Assembly: GCA_034409565.1 (NCBI GenBank)
Contig: DAOUMS010000022.1
Coordinates: forward strand, 116,354 to 180,353
Source: Dehalococcoidales bacterium
Lineage (GTDB): Bacteria; Chloroflexota; Dehalococcoidia; Dehalococcoidales; RBG-16-60-22
Length of the DNA: 64,000 nucleotides
Reading direction: 5' to 3'
Positions 48,227 through 57,513 of the stretch are shown here, piece after piece. Each line of letters begins with the position of its first letter. Within the stretch, counting starts at the first letter, position 1. The position numbers and the translations under genes were made by a program. The notes beneath the pieces were generated by a model that was given only the letters and a program-made list of their open reading frames with translations, was not told the DNA's origin and ran no database searches.

Positions 48227-48874
48227 ATGAGCAAAAGCGCAAGAGTAGTGCCAGCAATCCTTACCGATGACCCCACCGCCCTGGAGAAGATGCTGCGCCA
48301 GGCAGAAAGCTTCACCGACTACGTTCAGATTGATATTATGGACGGCCTTTTTGTACCATCGCGGAGCGTTACCTGGGAACAGGTCGCCGGCCTGCCCGGC
48401 AGCCTGAAATGGGAAGCTCACCTGATGGTCATGCAACCGGAAAAATATATTGAGGGTTTCCAGCAAGCCGGTGCCAGCAAGGTTATCTTCCACCGCGAAG
48501 CCACCGCTTCCCCCCACGCAGTAATTTCAGGGGTCAGAAAGCTGGGACTTACCGCAGGGCTGGCCATCAATCCCGAGACCCCCGTATCCGCCATCGCGCC
48601 CTGTATCAATGAAATTGACAGCGTGCTTCTCCTTACCGTAACGCCCGGCTTCTACGGCAGCAAGTTTATCCCCGAGGTGATGGGCAAGGTGGCGGAACTG
48701 CGCCGTATCCGGCCTGGAATTAAAATCGGCGTTGACGGCGGCATCAAGGAAAGCAATATCAGGGAAATCGCCAGCACCGGAGTCGACTATGTCTGCGTGG
48801 GCAGCGCCATTTTTCTGCAGCCGGACCCGGCGGAAAGCTACCGCCGACTGCAGTCCCTCGTCCAGCAGCGCTGA
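48227..48874 (+). CDS. rpe: Ribulose-phosphate 3-epimerase
   Basis: VVPAILTDDP ... QIDIMDGLFVP ... AHLMV ... LLLTVTPGFYGSKF ... VDGGI. I chose the ATG at 48227; the track's TTG at 48209 is also possible. Confidence 0.85.
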   Translation: MSKSARVVPAILTDDPTALEKMLRQAESFTDYVQIDIMDGLFVPSRSVTWEQVAGLPGSLKWEAHLMVMQPEKYIEGFQQAGASKVIFHREATASPHAVISGVRKLGLTAGLAINPETPVSAIAPCINEIDSVLLLTVTPGFYGSKFIPEVMGKVAELRRIRPGIKIGVDGGIKESNIREIASTGVDYVCVGSAIFLQPDPAESYRRLQSLVQQR

Positions 48875-48908
48875 TAGCCAGTCGGGTACGTGTTTCTTGT
48901 TTCTCCGC

Positions 48909-50510
48909 CTAGCTCAAGCCGGATACCATTTTTTCGAGCGCGGTCGTGTCCCCGGAACCAAGATGGATTCTGACCACACGTCTCTTCAGCGACCGCAGGG
49001 TCTGCAGGTCGCCAAGTGCCTGCGCATCGGCCAGTATGTTAAACGTGTATGGTGCACCGGGAATCGGTATCTTATGTTGCTGGGCCGCGGTCACCTGGAG
49101 GAAAAGCCCGGTGTTAGGGCCTCCCTTGTGCAACTGCCCGGTGGAGTGCAGCAGGCGCGGCCCGTAGCCGGCAGTGGTGGCGATATGGCTTTTCTCCACC
49201 ACTTTGCGGCGCAACTCAGTGCATATTTTTTCCAGCTCTGGCATCTGTCTGGTGTAGGCCATAATCGCCAGGTAATCGCCCCGCCTGGCTCCGGCCAGCA
49301 ACTCACCAAGTGAACCATTTACCTCCAGAAACGGCAGACGGCCGGAACTCTGGTACTCCTGCAGGACCCTGCCAGTGGCATCCTTGGCCGCCTGCACGTT
49401 GGGCTGGTCAAACGGGTTTATGCCCAGTATCGAGCCAGCGACCGCAGTAGCAAACTCCCAGCGAAAGAACTCGGTGCCAATATCCTGCTTATCTTTGAGT
49501 TCCAGCGTAACCACGGGTTGCCCTGAAGATTTAATACGCCCCACCACCCCATCAATATCATCGTTATTATCATCCTGAAGGCGCAGGTAAATGAAAAGTC
49601 GGTCATCGCCATAGTGCTCGGGCGCGGTAAATGGTTCCCCAAGCACCGGGATAATTCCGGTACCCTCCTTGCCCGTGCTCTCGGCGAGGAGCTGCTCCAG
49701 CCACAGCCCGAAGCTGCCAATTGAAGGTGAAGTAACCAGCGTCAGCTTATCCCTGCCCTGCCGGGCGAAGGTGCCCAGCAAGGCGCCGAGCCAGGCGCCG
49801 GGATTCTCTTGAAGCAGTACATCGGCCGCACACTGACGGCCTATCACTTCGGCACGCTCGAGAACAGACATTATGTCAATCCCCACCAGCGCCGCTGGCA
49901 GCAGCCCGAAGTATGACAGCACCGAGTAGCGTCCACCCACGTCCTCCGGATTCAGGAAGGCACGACGGAACCCTGCCTCCTCGGCAAGACCGACCAGCGA
50001 TGACCCGGCATCGGTAATGGCAACAAAGTTCTGCCCTGCCCTCTCCCTGCCCAGCGACTGCTCAACCAGACCGCGAAAATATTTGTAGAAGGTAAGCGTC
50101 TCGATGGTGCCACCCGACTTTGATGAAACCAGGAACAGGGTCTGCGCCGGGTCGATGGTTTCCGTAACCGCCGCCACCCAGTCGGGCACGGTGGAGTCCA
50201 GCAATTTAAATTCGGGATAACCCCTGGCGCGGCCAAAAGTCTGGTACAGCACCTCCGCCCCCAGGCTGGCACCACCCATGCCCAGCAGCACGACATGTCT
50301 GTACCCGGCACCGCGCACTTCCTGCGCAAACGAGGTTAATTCCGGCACCTTGGCTTTAAACAGTCCAGGGAGAATGAGCCAGCCAAGGCGGTTGGTTATC
50401 TCTTTCGGTTCCGGCTTCCACACCGTGTGGTCCTTGCGCCAGAGGCGCGCCACCATATCCTTCTGCTTGAAATCATGGAGCATTTCGGCCACCGCCGGGA
50501 AATCCGTCAT
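48909..50510 (-). CDS. pgi: Glucose-6-phosphate isomerase
   Basis: About 533 aa from the internal ATG (MTDFPAV...), which avoids an 80-nt overlap with rpiB. PGI-type SIS domain motifs (VVLLGMGGASLG, FLVSSKSGGTIET). Confidence 0.8.
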   Translation of the reverse strand: MTDFPAVAEMLHDFKQKDMVARLWRKDHTVWKPEPKEITNRLGWLILPGLFKAKVPELTSFAQEVRGAGYRHVVLLGMGGASLGAEVLYQTFGRARGYPEFKLLDSTVPDWVAAVTETIDPAQTLFLVSSKSGGTIETLTFYKYFRGLVEQSLGRERAGQNFVAITDAGSSLVGLAEEAGFRRAFLNPEDVGGRYSVLSYFGLLPAALVGIDIMSVLERAEVIGRQCAADVLLQENPGAWLGALLGTFARQGRDKLTLVTSPSIGSFGLWLEQLLAESTGKEGTGIIPVLGEPFTAPEHYGDDRLFIYLRLQDDNNDDIDGVVGRIKSSGQPVVTLELKDKQDIGTEFFRWEFATAVAGSILGINPFDQPNVQAAKDATGRVLQEYQSSGRLPFLEVNGSLGELLAGARRGDYLAIMAYTRQMPELEKICTELRRKVVEKSHIATTAGYGPRLLHSTGQLHKGGPNTGLFLQVTAAQQHKIPIPGAPYTFNILADAQALGDLQTLRSLKRRVVRIHLGSGDTTALEKMVSGLS

Positions 50511-50523
50511 TTTTAAATCCCTC

Positions 50524-51000
50524 TTATTTACCTTTTCTCTTGACCATATTTTTGGCTTCAATAGCCAGCACTTTTCGCAGTCGCCGCTGAAAGCGCTCTT
50601 CAAGGGAAACCTCGGCTTTCAGGAAGGCGGCAACCACTTCCCTGGCCAGTGCTCCCCCCACCACCCGTGCTCCGAGGCAGAGAACATTCATGTCGTCGTG
50701 CTCCACCCCCTGGTGAGCCGAGTAGGTATCGTGGCAGGGACAGGCCCGCACTCCCGGTACTTTGTTGGCCGTGATACAGGCCCCCACACCGCTGCCACAG
50801 ATGATGATGCCGCGCCAGACCTTCCCCGAGGCTACCGCCTCAGCGACCGCCAGCGCGTAATCGGGATAGTCATCAGTCGGGACAAGTTTCTCGGCCCCCA
50901 GGTCCAGCACCTCGTACCCGCTCTCCCGCAGCCAGGGGGTTAACTCGGCCTTCAGGGGGAACCCACCATGGTCGGCTCCGATGGCTACTCGCAGCGTCAT
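50524..51000 (-). CDS. rpiB: Ribose-5-phosphate isomerase B
   Basis: 158 aa. [14 protein letters not shown] and [14 protein letters not shown] (RpiB/LacAB). Confidence 0.9.
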   Translation of the reverse strand: MTLRVAIGADHGGFPLKAELTPWLRESGYEVLDLGAEKLVPTDDYPDYALAVAEAVASGKVWRGIIICGSGVGACITANKVPGVRACPCHDTYSAHQGVEHDDMNVLCLGARVVGGALAREVVAAFLKAEVSLEERFQRRLRKVLAIEAKNMVKRKGK

Positions 51001-53015
51001 TTCCTGCCTCCTTGCAGCAGTTTCTTGGCTTCATCAGCCACGCGCTGGGCCGTCAGGCCCAGCTTCTCGTAAACTACCTTGCCCGGCGCGGAAGCGCCGA
51101 AACGGTCAATCCCGATAATGACCCCGCCGTCGCCGACATACCGCTCCCAGCCCAGCGGGCTGCCGGCCTCTATGGATATCCGGGCTTTTATGCTTTTTGG
51201 TAATACCGTCTCACAATACTCAGCTGTCTGGGCATTGAATAACTCCCATGATGGCAGAGATACGATGCGCGCCTGGATACCTCTTTCAAGCAGCAATTTT
51301 CCTGCTTCCAGTGCAATAGGCACCTCCGAACCGGTGCCGATAATGATTACCTGTGGTTCCCCCGCCGCCTCCTGGAGTATATAGCCGCCCCGCTGGACAC
51401 CGCTGGCCGGGGCCAGAGTCTCGCGGTCAAGCACCGACAGGTTCTGGCGGCTGAGCACCAGCGCCGTCGGGCCATGGCGCCGCTGCAGGGCTATCTTCCA
51501 CGCCTCCACGGTCTCGGTGGCATCGGCGGGGCGGATGGTCACCAGGTTGGGCACCGACCGCAACCCTACCACCTGCTCGATGGGCTGGTGGGTCGGCCCG
51601 TCCTCCCCGACCCCTACCGAGTCGTGAGAGAAAATATATATCACCCGCAGCCCCATCATGGCCGCCAGACGCACCGGTGGGCGCATATAGTCGTAGAAAA
51701 CGAGAAATGTGGCGGTGTAGGGTATAATACCCCCATGCCGCGCCATGCCACTGGCAACGGCGCCCATGGCGTGCTCCCGGACACCAAAGTGCAGGTTGCG
51801 GGCGTGGTAATCCCCGGAACTGTAATCGCCGCCGTCCGTAAGATTCGTCTTAGTGGAAGGGGCCAGGTCCGCCGAGCCTCCCATCAGGGAACGAATTTTC
51901 GGTGCCAAGACATTCATAACTATCCCCGAGGCTGACCGCGTGGCGAGCGGTTTGGTCTCTTTATTGAATAGCTCATCGAGGCCGCTGTCCCAGCCTTCTG
52001 GCAGGTCGCCCCGCAGGGTTTCTTCCAGCCGGCGTGCTTCATCAGGGTACGCCTGCCGGTATGCTGCCAGCTTCTGCTGCCATTCGTCCTGCTGCTTTCG
52101 ACCGCGCGCCAGCGCTTTACGCAGGTGCTCCAGCGCCTCCGGGGGCACGGTGAAAGGTTCTTCGTAATTCCAGCCCAGCTGTTTTCTGGTCAGCTGTACT
52201 TCATCCTCACCCAGCGGTTCGCCGTGAGATGAAGCCTTGCCCGCCTTGTTCGGGCTGCCATAGCCAATGATGGTTCGGCAGATAACCAGGCTGGGACGCT
52301 CTTTATCCGCCTGCGCCTCACTTATCGCATTTTCTATACTGCCCACAGCAAAGCCGTCGACCGGCCCGATAACCTGCCAGCCATAGGCCTGAAATCGCTT
52401 TTTTATATCCTCGGTGAAGGTGATGCCAGTCTTGCCTTCAATGGAGATACCGTTGTCGTCATAGAGATAGATGAGCTTGCCCAGACGCAGGTTTCCCGCC
52501 ATTGAAGCCGCTTCAGACGAGATGCCCTCCTCGAGGTCGCCATCAGAGACGATGGCATAGGTGTAATGGTCAATGATTTCCTGGCCCGGACGATTGTAGT
52601 TTGCCGCCAGCCAGTGCTCGGCCATAGCCATACCGACGCCATTGGCAAACCCCTGCCCGAGCGGTCCGGTGGTTACCTCAAGGCCGGGAACAACCCCGTA
52701 TTCGGGGTGGCCGGGTGTTTTGCTGCCCCACTGGCGGAACTGCTTGAGGTCGTCCAGCGACAGGTCATAGCCGGTCAGGTGCAGCAGTGCGTAGAGCATC
52801 GCTGACGCATGGCCGCAGGACAGGATGAATCGGTCGCGGTCCGGCCACTCCGGGTTCGCCGGGTTATGTCTGAGAAACCGGTCCCACAGCACATAGGTCA
52901 TCGGTGCCGCGCCCAGAGGTGCACCAGGGTGCCCCGAATTAGCCTTCTGCACCGCATCAACGGCCAGAAACCTTACCGTGTTGATGCAGAGTTCATCAAG
53001 CCTGGAATTGCTCAT
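50997..53015 (-). CDS. tkt: Transketolase
   Basis: [31 protein letters not shown]... and ThDP motifs. The start is the internal ATG after GGAGG. Confidence 0.95.
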   Translation of the reverse strand: MSNSRLDELCINTVRFLAVDAVQKANSGHPGAPLGAAPMTYVLWDRFLRHNPANPEWPDRDRFILSCGHASAMLYALLHLTGYDLSLDDLKQFRQWGSKTPGHPEYGVVPGLEVTTGPLGQGFANGVGMAMAEHWLAANYNRPGQEIIDHYTYAIVSDGDLEEGISSEAASMAGNLRLGKLIYLYDDNGISIEGKTGITFTEDIKKRFQAYGWQVIGPVDGFAVGSIENAISEAQADKERPSLVICRTIIGYGSPNKAGKASSHGEPLGEDEVQLTRKQLGWNYEEPFTVPPEALEHLRKALARGRKQQDEWQQKLAAYRQAYPDEARRLEETLRGDLPEGWDSGLDELFNKETKPLATRSASGIVMNVLAPKIRSLMGGSADLAPSTKTNLTDGGDYSSGDYHARNLHFGVREHAMGAVASGMARHGGIIPYTATFLVFYDYMRPPVRLAAMMGLRVIYIFSHDSVGVGEDGPTHQPIEQVVGLRSVPNLVTIRPADATETVEAWKIALQRRHGPTALVLSRQNLSVLDRETLAPASGVQRGGYILQEAAGEPQVIIIGTGSEVPIALEAGKLLLERGIQARIVSLPSWELFNAQTAEYCETVLPKSIKARISIEAGSPLGWERYVGDGGVIIGIDRFGASAPGKVVYEKLGLTAQRVADEAKKLLQGGRK

Positions 53016-53140
53016 GGTTGGCTCCTCCAGCTTCCGGAATGAAAAATGGCAGGTGGTTTTCTGCCATTCTACACTGACCGACACGGTTTTTCAATTGAAA
53101 GAAGATGAAACCCCAGAGAGCTTGACCGGAGGCAGCGGAT

Positions 53141-53449
53141 TTAATGTTCTTCCTCGCCCCACTTCTGCATGATTTCTTTCAGGCGTTGCGCCAGCTTGGG
53201 GTTGGCCCGCAAACGGGCGATAAAGACGGGGCAGCCTTCCAGTAGAGAGTTCTGCGCCGCCGTAGCCATGCTGGATAATAGGTTCTGCATGCCCAGGTCG
53301 GCGGGCTGGGAAACGCTTATCCCCGGCGCATTCTCAAGCTGCCGCCGTATATCTTCGGCGGTGAAACGCATCGGCGTCACGCATGATTTGTACCAGGGAC
53401 ACTCCTTGCACTGGACTATCCCGTAAGCTTCATTCAAAACGTCATCCAT
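53141..53449 (-). CDS. Small cytoplasmic Cys-containing protein (hypothetical)
   Basis: About 102 aa from the internal ATG (MDDVLNEAYGIVQCKECPWYKSC...EGCPVF). It has four Cys and no signal peptide. It lies 28 nt downstream of the tlpA-like gene. Confidence 0.45.
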   Translation of the reverse strand: MDDVLNEAYGIVQCKECPWYKSCVTPMRFTAEDIRRQLENAPGISVSQPADLGMQNLLSSMATAAQNSLLEGCPVFIARLRANPKLAQRLKEIMQKWGEEEH

Positions 53450-53477
53450 ATTCAACCCCCACTTTTCATTATAACAA

Positions 53478-54008
53478 TTACGGCATGATTTTGACCAGCT
53501 TCGATTCAATCTCCCCCGTGTTAAAAAAAGCACCAATTTTCATATCTCGTATCACCCCATCGGCATCAACAAAAAACGTGGCCGGTATGCCGCGTATGTT
53601 ATAGGCAAGGGGGACATCGTTACCCGGTGACAGCAATACCGGGAAAGTGTAGCCGGCACTTTCCACGAACTCCTTTACGCTGGCCGGGTCTTCCTGCAGG
53701 TTAACCGCCAGCAGCACCAGCCCCGTGCCAGTCCATTTCTCGTATACCGCCTGCAGCAATGGCATCTCCATCTGACACGGGCCGCACCAGGTGGCCCAGA
53801 AGTTGAGCAGCACCGGTCGGCCACGAAAGCCGCTAAGCGATACCTCCTGCCCATCCAGCCCGCTTAAGGTGAAGTCCGGCGCCAGCTTACCTATCTCCGG
53901 GCCGTATTCTGAACCTGAACCCGTGCAGCCCGCCATAAGAACGCCGGAAAACGCCGCCGATACAATTAGCAAAGCCGCAATTATATTCAATAGCCTTTTC
54001 ATAATCAC
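53478..54008 (-). CDS. TlpA/ResA-type thiol:disulfide oxidoreductase (thioredoxin fold), lipoprotein
   Basis: 176 aa. Lipobox LMAGC and active site WATWCGPC. Confidence 0.8.
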   Translation of the reverse strand: MIMKRLLNIIAALLIVSAAFSGVLMAGCTGSGSEYGPEIGKLAPDFTLSGLDGQEVSLSGFRGRPVLLNFWATWCGPCQMEMPLLQAVYEKWTGTGLVLLAVNLQEDPASVKEFVESAGYTFPVLLSPGNDVPLAYNIRGIPATFFVDADGVIRDMKIGAFFNTGEIESKLVKIMP

Positions 54009-54022
54009 CCCTCAAAATAAAC

Positions 54023-54718
54023 TCACGCTGCCAGCGCGGAGAACCAGTGTATTTGATTGGTCAGAACCAGAACCCCGACAATGATGAGAAGCAGGCCACT
54101 TACCACGTGTATCAGCCGGGGATAACGCTGTATGCGCCGGAAGACTTGCAGAAGAGAGTCAAACGCCAGCCCGATGATAAGGAACGGGAGGCCGAGCCCC
54201 AGCGAATAAATGGCCAGCAAATAGGCCCCATGCCAAGCAGTGGCCGTGTTTAAGGCTATCGCCAGAATGCCGCCGAGTATTGGCCCGACGCAGGCGGTCC
54301 AGGCAAGGGAAAAGGATGCCCCGATGAGAAAAGAGCGGAAGTAGCCCGTGGTACTCCCCACCGATGGGCTCAGGTGCTTTTCGTAATTGAGCCAGGGTAT
54401 TTTCAGCGCCGCCAATAAAAAGAGACCGAAGGCAATGAGCAGGCCGCCGGAAATTTTATTGAGCAGAGACAGGCTCGGGTTGACGGCAAATCCGGTAAGC
54501 CCGGCAATGGCCCCCATGGTGGTGAAAATAAATGAGAAGCCGAGGACAAAGCTGAGGGAATGGAGAAACGTGGGCAGCCGCCGGCCGGCATCTCGCGCGG
54601 CAAACAGTTCCGGCCCCACCAGGCTGGCCAGATAGACCGGCACCAGCGGCAACACGCAGGGCGACAAAAAAGATAACAACCCTGCCGTAAAGGCAACGAC
54701 CACCGATATGTTCTCCAT
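54023..54718 (-). CDS. ccdA: Cytochrome c biogenesis / thiol-disulfide electron transporter CcdA (DsbD-core family)
   Basis: 231 aa, six TM helices, with conserved Cys in LSPCVLPLVP and WTACVGPILG. Confidence 0.85.
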   Translation of the reverse strand: MENISVVVAFTAGLLSFLSPCVLPLVPVYLASLVGPELFAARDAGRRLPTFLHSLSFVLGFSFIFTTMGAIAGLTGFAVNPSLSLLNKISGGLLIAFGLFLLAALKIPWLNYEKHLSPSVGSTTGYFRSFLIGASFSLAWTACVGPILGGILAIALNTATAWHGAYLLAIYSLGLGLPFLIIGLAFDSLLQVFRRIQRYPRLIHVVSGLLLIIVGVLVLTNQIHWFSALAA

Positions 54719-54844
54719 AATTTAAAATTGTACAATGGTCTAAACGCTGTGTCTAATTTTATTCGTATTATCAAAGGCTCGTGGACAATCGCTTCTTCAG
54801 GTCTTATAATTTCTACTAGGCTCAGGTTGAAACATTAATAAAAG

Positions 54845-56008
54845 GTGATTGCCATCAAGCCGCTCAGTTTTTCACAGATTTCACAATATCAAACGTGCCC
54901 ACTGTGCTATAAACTTCAGTATATCGACGGGCTGAAGCCGAAGGACAAGTGGTATTTCAGTTTCGGCTCCACCATACACACCTGCACCGAATTTTTTTTC
55001 CGCGTGAGGGTGCCACCACCCCCCACCCTGGAAGAGCTACTGCAGTTCTACGAACAGAACTGGCGCCCGGAAGGCTACGAGTCTATTGACGAGGAAGCGA
55101 ACTACAAAGCCTATGGCAGAGAGATACTGACCCGGTTCTGGGAAATCCACAGCCGTGATTTCAGGATGCCACTGGCCGTGGAGAAGCAGTTCTATATTGA
55201 CATCGGCGACATCAAACTGAGGGGATATATCGACCGGGTAGACAAGCTGGAAAGCGGGGCGCTGGCCATCGTTGACTATAAAACCAACAAAGAGCTGTTC
55301 ACCATGGACTATCTGGAGAAGGACCTCCAGCTGACTCTTTACCAGCTAGCCGCCGAGCAGCTATGGCAGCTACCGGTGGCAAGGCTGACCCTGTACCACA
55401 TGAGGTCGAACACGCCCGTCAGCTGTGCCAGCCGTGGACAGGTGCAACTCGATGACGCAAAGCAGCTTGTCCTCGACGTCGCGGACAAAATAAACCGCCA
55501 GATTTTCCCGGCCACGGAGAACGATTACTGTCCCTGCGATTTCCCGGAGCACTGCCCGTACTACCGTCACTTATACAGCGGAGAAACGGCAGCCACAGCC
55601 GCAGGAGAAGCGCCGCTTACTGTCATTGGTGCCAGTGAAGTGGAACGGTACGTATCACTTCAGACACAGATTAAGGCCCTCCAGCAAGAACTGGAGGCAC
55701 TGCGACGGGAAATAATCGCTTACTGCGAAGCCACAGGGTTCAAGCGTGTCTATGGGCCGGAGAACGAAATAACCTACCAGCTCGTGGAGATGACCGGCTT
55801 CAATGAAGAGGAGGTCAGAGCCCTCCTCACACCAGAAGACCTGTGGGAAAGAGTCACCGGACTTGACCAGTCCCGGCTGAAGCAGTTGCTCGATGATGAA
55901 GTCATCGCCCAAGATGTCAGGAACCGGGTTCAATCCCTGAGGCAGATAATCGCCACCCAGCAGCGCTTGCTGGTAAGGAAGCGCCAGAACGAAGACAAAG
56001 CGACCTAG
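54845..56008 (+). CDS. PD-(D/E)XK nuclease-family protein (RecB/AddB-nuclease or Cas4-like) with a Cys cluster
   Basis: 387 aa. N-terminal CPLCY, GYIDRVD ... IVDYKT (D...D/E-x-K core), LQLTLYQLA (QxxxY) and C-terminal CPCDFPEHCPYY. This pattern fits a Cas4/AddB-type 4Fe-4S nuclease. The C-terminal ~130 aa are helical. Confidence 0.65.
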   Translation: MIAIKPLSFSQISQYQTCPLCYKLQYIDGLKPKDKWYFSFGSTIHTCTEFFFRVRVPPPPTLEELLQFYEQNWRPEGYESIDEEANYKAYGREILTRFWEIHSRDFRMPLAVEKQFYIDIGDIKLRGYIDRVDKLESGALAIVDYKTNKELFTMDYLEKDLQLTLYQLAAEQLWQLPVARLTLYHMRSNTPVSCASRGQVQLDDAKQLVLDVADKINRQIFPATENDYCPCDFPEHCPYYRHLYSGETAATAAGEAPLTVIGASEVERYVSLQTQIKALQQELEALRREIIAYCEATGFKRVYGPENEITYQLVEMTGFNEEEVRALLTPEDLWERVTGLDQSRLKQLLDDEVIAQDVRNRVQSLRQIIATQQRLLVRKRQNEDKAT

Positions 56009-56020
56009 ACGTTCGGCAAC

Positions 56021-57412
56021 TTAGGTAAACTGCTTTTCCACCGCGGCGACCGCTTTCTCAAGGGCGTTGACAATCATGCCCAGTTCATCGTTGCTCATGG
56101 TCAGCGAGACCATCATCCAGAGGATATCGCCGTACCATGTCGAGCAGTTGAAAAGCACCCCGTTTTCCCGGCCCACCTTGCTGATAACGCCGGCCACAGC
56201 TGCACGGTCAGAGAACAGCTCCTTGGTCGCCCGGTCCTTGACCAGTTCGACGGCAATCAAACCGGCATTAGCGCGGACATCACCCACGACGGCTGATTTC
56301 TTCTGGATGACACCGAGTTCTTTACCCATGATGTCGCCGATTTCCTTGGCCCGGGCCAGCAGGTTATATTTCTCCACATACTCGATGCCGGCCACCCCCG
56401 CGGCAGCCAAGTAGCCGGTACCGCCGAAGGTGTAGCCATGCTGCAGGGTATCCTTGCCGGTGAAGGCCTCGGCAATCTCGCTCCTGACATGCGTGCCTGC
56501 CAGCGCGCCGCAGCCCCAGGCCAGGTTCTTGCCCAGCGCCAGCATATCGGGCACAATGCCGTGTTTCTCGCACTCAAACCAGAAGCCGCTGCGGGCGAAG
56601 CCGGTGATAACCTCATCGCAGATGAGCAGGATTTCATACTGGTCACAGATTTCTCTAATCCGCTTCATATACCCCGGAGGTGGCGGAACGACCCCCAGCC
56701 CGGTATTGGTTGACTCGGTGATGAAGCAGGCTATTGTTGACGGGTCTTCAAACTCGATAACCTTGCGCAGTTCCTCGGCACAAAGCAGGTTGCACTCCGG
56801 ACAGGTCTGGTTATAGGGGCAACGATAGCAGTTCGGGGAGTGGATGGCCACAAAACCAGCCATGAGCGGCTCAAACGGGGCCCGCCGGAAGAGATGGCCG
56901 CTGGCACTGGAGATGCTCATGCTCATGCCATGGTAGTCGCCGGGGTAGCGGTGGATGACCTTGTACTTGGTCCCCTTGCCCATTATCTTCCAGTAGTGAC
57001 GGGCAATCTTGAGGGCGGTCTCGTTGGCATCACTGCCATTGCTGCTGTAGATGGTATATCTCAAATTGCCGGGCGATATCTGGGCGAGCTTTTCCGAAAG
57101 CCAGACCACCGGCTCGGTGGGGGCAAACAGATTGGGGGTGGTGACCACAATCTTCTCCATCTGCTCCCTCATCGCCGCCATGAGCGCCGGGTGATTGAAG
57201 CCGAGAGAAGCCGCCGCACCACAGGAGTTCGTCTCCAGCAGGCGGTTGCCGAAGCTGTCAATGACATAATTCCCCTCCCCGGCGCGGATGATGGATAACG
57301 GTAGGCCGAAAAAAGTGGCGTCTCTGCCGAAAGCCGGCCATACATATTCCTTGGCCGTGGCCACCAGCTTATCCACGCCTGCCGGCACACGATTGACCGT
57401 TGACTGTTTCAT
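56021..57412 (-). CDS. Class-III PLP-dependent aminotransferase (omega-aminotransferase family)
   Basis: 463 aa. Length and motifs (SNGSDANETALKIAR, LICDEVITGFARSG) are typical of class III. Substrate unknown. Confidence 0.8.
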   Translation of the reverse strand: MKQSTVNRVPAGVDKLVATAKEYVWPAFGRDATFFGLPLSIIRAGEGNYVIDSFGNRLLETNSCGAAASLGFNHPALMAAMREQMEKIVVTTPNLFAPTEPVVWLSEKLAQISPGNLRYTIYSSNGSDANETALKIARHYWKIMGKGTKYKVIHRYPGDYHGMSMSISSASGHLFRRAPFEPLMAGFVAIHSPNCYRCPYNQTCPECNLLCAEELRKVIEFEDPSTIACFITESTNTGLGVVPPPPGYMKRIREICDQYEILLICDEVITGFARSGFWFECEKHGIVPDMLALGKNLAWGCGALAGTHVRSEIAEAFTGKDTLQHGYTFGGTGYLAAAGVAGIEYVEKYNLLARAKEIGDIMGKELGVIQKKSAVVGDVRANAGLIAVELVKDRATKELFSDRAAVAGVISKVGRENGVLFNCSTWYGDILWMMVSLTMSNDELGMIVNALEKAVAAVEKQFT

Positions 57413-57513
57413 TCCTTCTACCTCCTGCCTTAGCTTCTTATAATATGAGATTAATCTAACAAGTTTAATATAAATAGGCCAAAACTTACAAACCCGCCGT
57501 TAAGCACCGACCG

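Noticed and set aside
50511-50603. Longer N-termini for pgi (50603), tkt (53084), leuC (15535), leuB (12855), tsaC (23711), purB (36387) and the ThyA-like gene (9812)
   Set aside because: Each extension overlaps the upstream gene substantially and lacks homology-like sequence. Internal start codons with SD-like sequences restore normal N-termini and short intergenic gaps.
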